DNA of 64,000 nucleotides from an uncultured Clostridium sp. (GTDB taxonomy: Bacteria > Bacillota > Clostridia > TANB77 > CAG-465): assembly GCA_947361355.1 (NCBI GenBank), contig CANAIR010000002.1, positions 46,976-110,975 of the forward strand. The letters are read 5' to 3'. The notes beneath the pieces were generated by a model. It saw only the letters and a list, made by a program, of their open reading frames with translations, was not told where the DNA came from and did no database searches. How positions within the stretch are numbered: the first letter of the stretch is position 1; each line of letters starts with the position of its first letter. The position numbers and the translations under genes were made by a program. Positions 58,389-64,000 of this stretch are shown in pieces.

Positions 58389-59273
58389 ATGGGTATTACA
58401 AAAAATATCGGTATAGCTGCAGTAAGCGCAGCAATGATTGGAATTTCAGCAGTGATGCTTTGGAGTCCATCAGATGATGTAAAAAAAGCAGAGCCAACAC
58501 CGATGAAGCCTAAGGTAACTTCTGAGAAAACTCTTGGTCGGCTTCCTAAAAAGTCTGATAAAGACAAAGAAAAAAAGGAAGAGAAGAAAGAGGAAGAAGT
58601 TTCCTACGAAGTAGTATATAATGGTTATGATAACTATGACTATTATGGCTATGGTTATGGCGGAGTAGGCGGAGATGCTTCGTATACAACAGCTGAACCT
58701 AATGCACATGTTGAAGAAAATACAGTTGCTAACCAGGCAGTTGTTGAGCAGCAAATTCAAGAAGATGCTGAGGAGCAGGCTGCTGAGGAAGCAAAGAAGG
58801 AAGTTGCTGAAAAGGAACTTCAGGTTGTTTATCTTGATGAAAGTAAAGAAACTACTACAGTTCAGGAACCAGTAGTAGTTGTAACAGATGATGGAAAAGT
58901 AACAACATCTACAGATGTCGGTGAAAGTGGTTCATCATCTACAGGCGACAACCGTGAGGTTATTGATTTAGGAGTAATTTCATTTGGAGATGAATCTACT
59001 GTATCAACTTCAACTCAGGCTGCAGCATCTGTTGCTACGCCACCACAGGAAGTTGTAGATACACAACCTCAGCCTGTAGTAACTCAACAGCCAGTTGTAG
59101 CAGAGCCTGTAGTAGAAGAGTTACCAGTAATTGAAACAGTTGTAACATCAGAGCCAGTACCAGACTATACAGGTTCAACAGTTGTTGCAGAGGGCTTTGA
59201 CGGAGCTGTTATCGATGGTGTGGAACTTCTTGAGGGTGAAGGGCTTTTAGAAGTAGTAATCATGAACGAGTAA
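58389..59273 (+). CDS. Secreted acidic low-complexity protein; C-terminal module paralogous to the C-terminus of the 664-aa protein at 60242; locally elevated GC
   Basis: Signal peptide (GIAAVSAAMIGISAVML). Shared motifs with the 60242 ORF (AEPNAHVEENTVANQAVVEQQIQEDAEEQAAEEAKKEV…; DNREVIDLGVISFGDEST). Codon usage is visibly GC-richer than its neighbours. Confidence 0.6.
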   Translation: MGITKNIGIAAVSAAMIGISAVMLWSPSDDVKKAEPTPMKPKVTSEKTLGRLPKKSDKDKEKKEEKKEEEVSYEVVYNGYDNYDYYGYGYGGVGGDASYTTAEPNAHVEENTVANQAVVEQQIQEDAEEQAAEEAKKEVAEKELQVVYLDESKETTTVQEPVVVVTDDGKVTTSTDVGESGSSSTGDNREVIDLGVISFGDESTVSTSTQAAASVATPPQEVVDTQPQPVVTQQPVVAEPVVEELPVIETVVTSEPVPDYTGSTVVAEGFDGAVIDGVELLEGEGLLEVVIMNE

Positions 59274-59377
59274 AATTTATTAGAAAGAATGGTCAAATTT
59301 TTGATCATTCTTTTTTTGGTGCAAATTATGACAAACTTTTGCATTTATATATGGTATAATAGTTTTGAGGTGGGAAT

Positions 59378-59683
59378 ATGAAATATAAATATGAAGATGG
59401 AAATTTAAATATTAATTTAAATGAAGAATTAGATATGAAAAATTGTAAGTTATTAAGAACGGTAATAGATGGTTATATTATGAAATATCAACCAAAAGAA
59501 TGTGTACTGGATTTAAGTAATGTTGAATTTATGGATAGTAGTGGTATTGGACTTTTAATAGGAAGATATAATCTACTTAAAATGTTAGACTCTAAAATGA
59601 CAATTATAAATCCAACAAGTAGTATAAAAAGAGTATTAGAATTATCTAATATAGGAAAAAGTATAACTATGAGGTGTGAATAA
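59378..59683 (+). CDS. spoIIAA: Anti-sigma-F factor antagonist SpoIIAA (STAS domain)
   Basis: …LDLSNVEFMDSSGIGLLIGRY… matches SpoIIAA, including the phosphorylatable Ser in DSSG. Confidence 0.85.
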   Translation: MKYKYEDGNLNINLNEELDMKNCKLLRTVIDGYIMKYQPKECVLDLSNVEFMDSSGIGLLIGRYNLLKMLDSKMTIINPTSSIKRVLELSNIGKSITMRCE

Positions 59684-60132
59684 TGAATAATTTTATAAAA
59701 ATAGAAATAAAGGCATTACTTGAAAATGTAGCCTGTGCAAGGGTTGCTATAACATCTTTTGTTTCTAATTTAGAAATTACAATAGATGAATTAATGGATA
59801 TAAAAACGGCATTATCAGAGGCTGTTACAAATAGTATAGAACATGGATATGAAAACATATTAGATGAAAACTCTACCGTTGAAATTAAAGCATATATTTA
59901 TGAGCAAGATGATGATAGCTTTGTAAAATTGGAAATAAAAGATAGAGGAATAGGAATAGATGATATAGAACTTGCGCTTACTCCTACATATACAACAAAA
60001 CCAGAACTTGAACATGCTGGCATGGGATTTACTATAATGGAAAGTTTCATGGATGAGATTTTAATAGACTCAGATAAGGAAAATGGTACAGTTGTTACTT
60101 TGATAAAAAAGATTAAGAAAAAAAAGTCATGA
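59683..60132 (+). CDS. spoIIAB: Anti-sigma-F factor SpoIIAB (GHKL serine kinase)
   Basis: …ELMDIKTALSEAVTNSIEHGY…TKPELEHAGMGFTIMESFMDE… is near-identical in motifs to B. subtilis SpoIIAB. Confidence 0.9.
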   Translation: MNNFIKIEIKALLENVACARVAITSFVSNLEITIDELMDIKTALSEAVTNSIEHGYENILDENSTVEIKAYIYEQDDDSFVKLEIKDRGIGIDDIELALTPTYTTKPELEHAGMGFTIMESFMDEILIDSDKENGTVVTLIKKIKKKKS

Positions 60133-60241
60133 TTTGTTAAAAAAATCGAAAATTTCTAAATATTTTTTACATAAGTATTGTAAATTCTTTTATTTAAGTA
60201 TATAATCATAGTATATTATATGAGGTTGATGGAGGAAGTAT

Positions 60242-62236
60242 ATGGAAAGAAAAGAGTTTAACAGTGTAGAAGAAGCAATAGAATCCCTAAATAGTGTTAG
60301 AAACATTGATTATTCAAGTGTAGATAATGTAGGTGAGATTACAGAAAGAGAATTTTATAACAACTTAATGAATAATTTTATGGGAACAAGAAATATAAGA
60401 TTTACTGCTGAACAAAGAAGAAATTATCAAGAGGCTTTAAGAAAAAAAGGTCTATTATCTTATGCTGATTGGAAAAGAAGACAACCTAATAGAGGGCAAA
60501 AGGTTACATGGAAAGACTCTGTTGAAAAGGGCTCACTTGATGTTCCTGTTAATTTGTTTAGCAAATTAGTTGAAACAGATGATGAAAGAAAATTTGAATA
60601 TATAAAAGAAGTTGCTACTGATGAAAGAAAATCAGATGTTGGTATAAAATGGCTTGATAAAAGTGCAGGTATTTTAAAAGATCTTATTTCTAAAAATAGA
60701 GACTCTAAAGCTACTAAATCAATAAATGCTGATACCAAAGTAATATTTGATGGTCAAAGTAAAGGAGAAAGAATTCTTTCTGATACTCAAAAAGATATTT
60801 CAAATTTTGTAGCAAGCGTATTAAATGAAAAAGAAAAACAAAAACAAAGAGATAATAGGACGGTTGATCAGATAATGGCTCAATCAGAAAAGGATTTATC
60901 AAATTTTGTTAATGATATCTTAGAGGAAAGGAAAGCTCAAGGACAGCAACAACATGCTAAAAAACGTGGTATTACAAAAAAACAAGAATTTGATGATTTC
61001 TTTACTAAAAGTCATAGAAATTTTAGAAATCATGATGAAGTAATTCAAGCTTTAAATTCTATTAAAAAAATAGATTTTGATAGAGGACCAAGTAAAGAAG
61101 AACAACAAAGATTTTATTACGATGTTATGCAAACTTTAGAAGATGCTAATGATTTGGAAATTCCAGACGGTGGAGAAGGTAGTGACATAGCTTTTCAATA
61201 TAGGCAAGCTTTAGGAAATATTGGTTGTAAAACGATGAAAGAGTTGAAAGTAGCTGGTGCTATGAATAGAAGTGTAAAGCGTCCTGCTAAAGTAATTGAT
61301 TCAATACTTAATTCAAGAAGACATAATGATAACAAAGGATTTAGAACTGCAGTAGATAAATTAAGAGATGATTATAAATTAAGAGATTGGATAGATGATA
61401 CTAAAATAACATTATTAGACAGAGATGAAAGAAAAAGGGAAAAACTTGAAAGAAGAGAAAAGTTTGTAAGAAGAGAAGAACCTGAAGAAAGAGAAAAAGA
61501 AAAATATCCAGTTCCAGTTACTAAAAAAAGAGGATTTTCTTCTATTAAAAAAGCTTTTACAAGAGCTGGAATAGCAACATTAGCATTTTTAGGAGTAACA
61601 GTAGGTGCTGCAGGTTCGCTTGGTAGCAAAACTCAAGCAGAAGATGTAGATGAAAAAGTACCTAAACCACTTAAAATAGAAGATCAAAAAGATAATAAGT
61701 CTAAAGATAAAGTAAAAGAAAATAAAAAATTAGAAAATAACCTTAAAGAAGCAGGTATAAATGCACAAAGTTTTGAAGATGAATTAAGAGATAGTACAAA
61801 TTATGTTGGAGGTAATTACTATAATTATCAAGCAGACCAAAATTATACTGTTGCACCAAATTCACATACTGAACAAAATACACAAGCTAATGAAAAAGAA
61901 GCTCAAATAAGAGCAGAAGAAGATCAAGCTGAGCAAGAAGCTATTGAAGCAAAAGAAGAAATTGCAGATGTTGAGTTAGAAGTAGTTATGGATGGTAATA
62001 ATGAAATAGGTGAAATAGTAGATAGTGGTACAAAAGCTCCAGAAACAGTAGTAGTTGGTAATGATGGGTCAACCGATATTCAAAGCCCAGTAACTCTTCC
62101 TGGTGATGGAAGTGATTCTATCATTGAGGATGATAGAGAAGTTGAGGATATGGGGGAAATTTCATTTGGAGATGAAGATTTTTCAGAAGATCTTGAAGAG
62201 GAAGATAAAACAGTTGATGATGATTACACAAGATAA
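60242..62236 (+). CDS. Single-pass membrane protein: ~430-aa cytoplasmic domain with internal duplication, one TM helix, extracellular acidic module paralogous to the 58389 gene; occupies the position normally held by sigF
   Basis: TM at …AGIATLAFLGVTVGAAGSLG…. Internal repeat (KDISNFVASVLNEKEKQKQ / KDLSNFVNDILEERKAQGQ). C-terminal …VAPNSHTEQNTQANEKEAQIRAEEDQAEQEAIEAKEE…DDREVEDMGEISFGDEDF. Confidence 0.6.
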   Translation: MERKEFNSVEEAIESLNSVRNIDYSSVDNVGEITEREFYNNLMNNFMGTRNIRFTAEQRRNYQEALRKKGLLSYADWKRRQPNRGQKVTWKDSVEKGSLDVPVNLFSKLVETDDERKFEYIKEVATDERKSDVGIKWLDKSAGILKDLISKNRDSKATKSINADTKVIFDGQSKGERILSDTQKDISNFVASVLNEKEKQKQRDNRTVDQIMAQSEKDLSNFVNDILEERKAQGQQQHAKKRGITKKQEFDDFFTKSHRNFRNHDEVIQALNSIKKIDFDRGPSKEEQQRFYYDVMQTLEDANDLEIPDGGEGSDIAFQYRQALGNIGCKTMKELKVAGAMNRSVKRPAKVIDSILNSRRHNDNKGFRTAVDKLRDDYKLRDWIDDTKITLLDRDERKREKLERREKFVRREEPEEREKEKYPVPVTKKRGFSSIKKAFTRAGIATLAFLGVTVGAAGSLGSKTQAEDVDEKVPKPLKIEDQKDNKSKDKVKENKKLENNLKEAGINAQSFEDELRDSTNYVGGNYYNYQADQNYTVAPNSHTEQNTQANEKEAQIRAEEDQAEQEAIEAKEEIADVELEVVMDGNNEIGEIVDSGTKAPETVVVGNDGSTDIQSPVTLPGDGSDSIIEDDREVEDMGEISFGDEDFSEDLEEEDKTVDDDYTR

Positions 62237-62431
62237 ATTTTGACTTTAAAATATTGACAATCATAAAAATTGAGATGAATTTTGTTTCGTCTCAATTTTT
62301 TTTAAACCATATATATTATAATATTTAATAATATAATAGTATAAAATGCAGATTTATACATAAATAATTGAAAAAAAGCTTAGAATAGTATATAATATAA
62401 TAACATATAATATGTTGAAAGGAATGATAAC

Positions 62432-63832
62432 ATGTTAAAATTATATAATACACTTACGAGAAAAAAAGAAAAGTTTGAACCAATAGATAAAGATAAAAAG
62501 ATTGTTAAGATATATACATGTGGACCAACCGTGTATAATTATGCTCATATAGGTAATATGAGAGCATATATTTTTATGGATACTTTAAGAAAAGTATTAA
62601 AATATAATGGATATAATTTAGAACATGTTATGAATATAACTGATGTTGGGCATTTGACATCTGATGCAGATGAAGGCGAGGATAAAATGGAAAAATCTGC
62701 AAAAGCTCAAAAAAAATCAGTATATGAAATAGCAGATATGTATACAAAAGCTTTCTTTAATGATTTAGATAGTTTAAATATCCAAAAACCTGAACATATT
62801 GTTAAGGCAACAGAACATATAAAAGAAATGGAGGAATATGTAAAGGAAATTGTAGAAAATGGTTATGGTTATGAAACCTCTAAAGGAATATATTTTGATA
62901 CATCTAAGTTGAAATCATATGGTGAACTATCAAAAATAAACATAGATAATCAAAAGGCTGGAGCAAGAATTGATGTAGATAAGGAAAAGAAAAATCCATT
63001 GGATTTTGCACTTTGGATAAAAGCCCCAAAAGAACATATAATGAAGTGGGATAGTAAATTTGGTCTTTGCTATCCAGGCTGGCATATAGAATGTAGTGCA
63101 ATGTCTAGGAAATACTTGGGTGAAAAATTTGATATACATACAGGTGGAGTTGACCATATACCAATTCATCATGAAAATGAAATAGCACAATCAAAAGGAG
63201 CTACTGGAATAAATCCTGCAAATATCTGGATGCACGTTGAATTTTTGTTAATTGACAACGGAAAAATGTCAAAAAGCTTAGGAAATGTATATAAAATTTC
63301 ACAATTGGAAGAGAGAGGTTTTGAAGCATTATCATATAGATATCTATCATATACATCACATTATAGAAATAAGTTAAATTTTACATGGGAAGGATTAAAG
63401 TCTTCACAAGTGTCACTTAATAGATTAAGGGAATTAACATTGTCTCATAAAAATAAAGAATGTAGAGTAGATGATAAAATATTAGATGAGTATAGACAAA
63501 AATTTTTAAATGCAATAAATGATGATATTAATATGCCTGTTGCTATGTCAGTTGTATGGGAGGCTGTAAAAATTGATAAAAAATCAGATGATATTTTTAA
63601 ATTAATAATGGAATTTGATAAAGTTTTATCATTAAAGTTAGATAAGGAAAATGATAAAAAAGAAAGTTTGATAGAAAAGCTACCTGAAGATATAAAAGAG
63701 TTACTACAAAAAAGAGAAGTGGCTAGAAATAAAAAAGATTATGATTTATCTGATTTAATTAGGGATAAACTAAAAGAAAAAGGGTATATAGTCAAAGATT
63801 CAAAAGAAGGACAAAAAATAGAGAAAGTGTAG
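62432..63832 (+). CDS. cysS: Cysteinyl-tRNA synthetase
   Basis: HIGN (AHIGNMRAY) and KMSKS motifs, with a zinc-binding Cys in the catalytic domain. Confidence 0.95.
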   Translation: MLKLYNTLTRKKEKFEPIDKDKKIVKIYTCGPTVYNYAHIGNMRAYIFMDTLRKVLKYNGYNLEHVMNITDVGHLTSDADEGEDKMEKSAKAQKKSVYEIADMYTKAFFNDLDSLNIQKPEHIVKATEHIKEMEEYVKEIVENGYGYETSKGIYFDTSKLKSYGELSKINIDNQKAGARIDVDKEKKNPLDFALWIKAPKEHIMKWDSKFGLCYPGWHIECSAMSRKYLGEKFDIHTGGVDHIPIHHENEIAQSKGATGINPANIWMHVEFLLIDNGKMSKSLGNVYKISQLEERGFEALSYRYLSYTSHYRNKLNFTWEGLKSSQVSLNRLRELTLSHKNKECRVDDKILDEYRQKFLNAINDDINMPVAMSVVWEAVKIDKKSDDIFKLIMEFDKVLSLKLDKENDKKESLIEKLPEDIKELLQKREVARNKKDYDLSDLIRDKLKEKGYIVKDSKEGQKIEKV

Positions 63833-63840
63833 GTAAAAAA

Positions 63841-64000
63841 ATGCCAATATTAAATAAACAAAATGAAAAAGATGTTAAAAAATATGAAAAATTTGTTTCA
63901 GAGTTTGATGGCGCTAGTTTAATGCAATCACTTAATTGGGCAAATGTAAAGTTTAATTGGATACAAGAAGCTGTATATGTAGAAGATGATGAAAAAAATA
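63841..64000 (+). CDS. 5' fragment of a FemAB-family (peptidoglycan interpeptide bridge peptidyltransferase)-like gene, truncated by window end
   Basis: N-terminus …FDGASLMQSLNWANVKFNW… resembles the FemX/FemA N-terminal motif; only ~53 aa are visible. Confidence 0.35.
   Translation, partial: MPILNKQNEKDVKKYEKFVSEFDGASLMQSLNWANVKFNWIQEAVYVEDDEKN

Noticed and set aside
59274-59377. Sigma-H promoter for spoIIA
   Set aside because: The region shows an extended -10 (TGGTATAAT) typical of sigma-A, not an RnAGGAwWW…RnnGAATww sigma-H motif.
1-64000. tRNA, rRNA, IS elements or prophage genes
   Set aside because: None were recognised by eye. Intergenic regions are AT-rich and lack cloverleaf-compatible GC-rich ~75-nt segments. 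No transposase, phage structural or terminase genes were seen.

Overview
The window is a chromosomal segment from a very AT-rich, endospore-forming Firmicute; the gene content points to a Clostridium-like member of the Clostridia. Roughly 24 kb of conserved housekeeping and sporulation genes are clear. These are a LytTR response regulator, yqfC-yqfD-ybeY-dgkA-cdd, a D-Ala-D-Ala carboxypeptidase, spoIID-spoIIQ-like-spoIIID-mbl, polC, hpf, tsaC/sua5, adk-map and the infA-rpmJ-rpsM-rpsK-rpsD-rpoA-rplQ block. Also present are tmcAL (ylbM), rnhA, spoIIM-xerD, spoIIAA-spoIIAB, cysS and two ABC-2 type transporters. Between these blocks sit several accessory loci. The largest is a ~13 kb single-strand operon at about 9.95-22.9 kb that looks like a Gram-positive Tad/Flp-type (CpaB + CpaF/TadA + TadB/C) pilus or secretion system. 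It carries seven consecutive N-terminally anchored pilin-like genes, one with a long polyglycine-rich C-terminal domain and one with a Cys-rich C-terminus. Its pilin leaders are non-canonical, it has two degenerate ParA-fold genes, and no prepilin peptidase or secretin is seen in the window. Other notable loci follow. A sortase sits beside a ~1257-aa LPVTG protein with a thioester (TED) domain and about 10 CnaB-type repeats. A second, class-B-like sortase sits beside a secreted protein that ends in PNTGK with no membrane anchor. The spoIIAA-spoIIAB pair lacks the expected sigF and is flanked by two proteins that share an acidic extracellular module, one of them compositionally atypical. A (CA)12 microsatellite lies inside a tiny RBS-preceded ORF. 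The ribosomal alpha-operon neighbourhood is rearranged, with adk-map not preceded by secY and a repeat protein inserted before infA. No rRNA, tRNA, CRISPR array, IS element or prophage was recognised.
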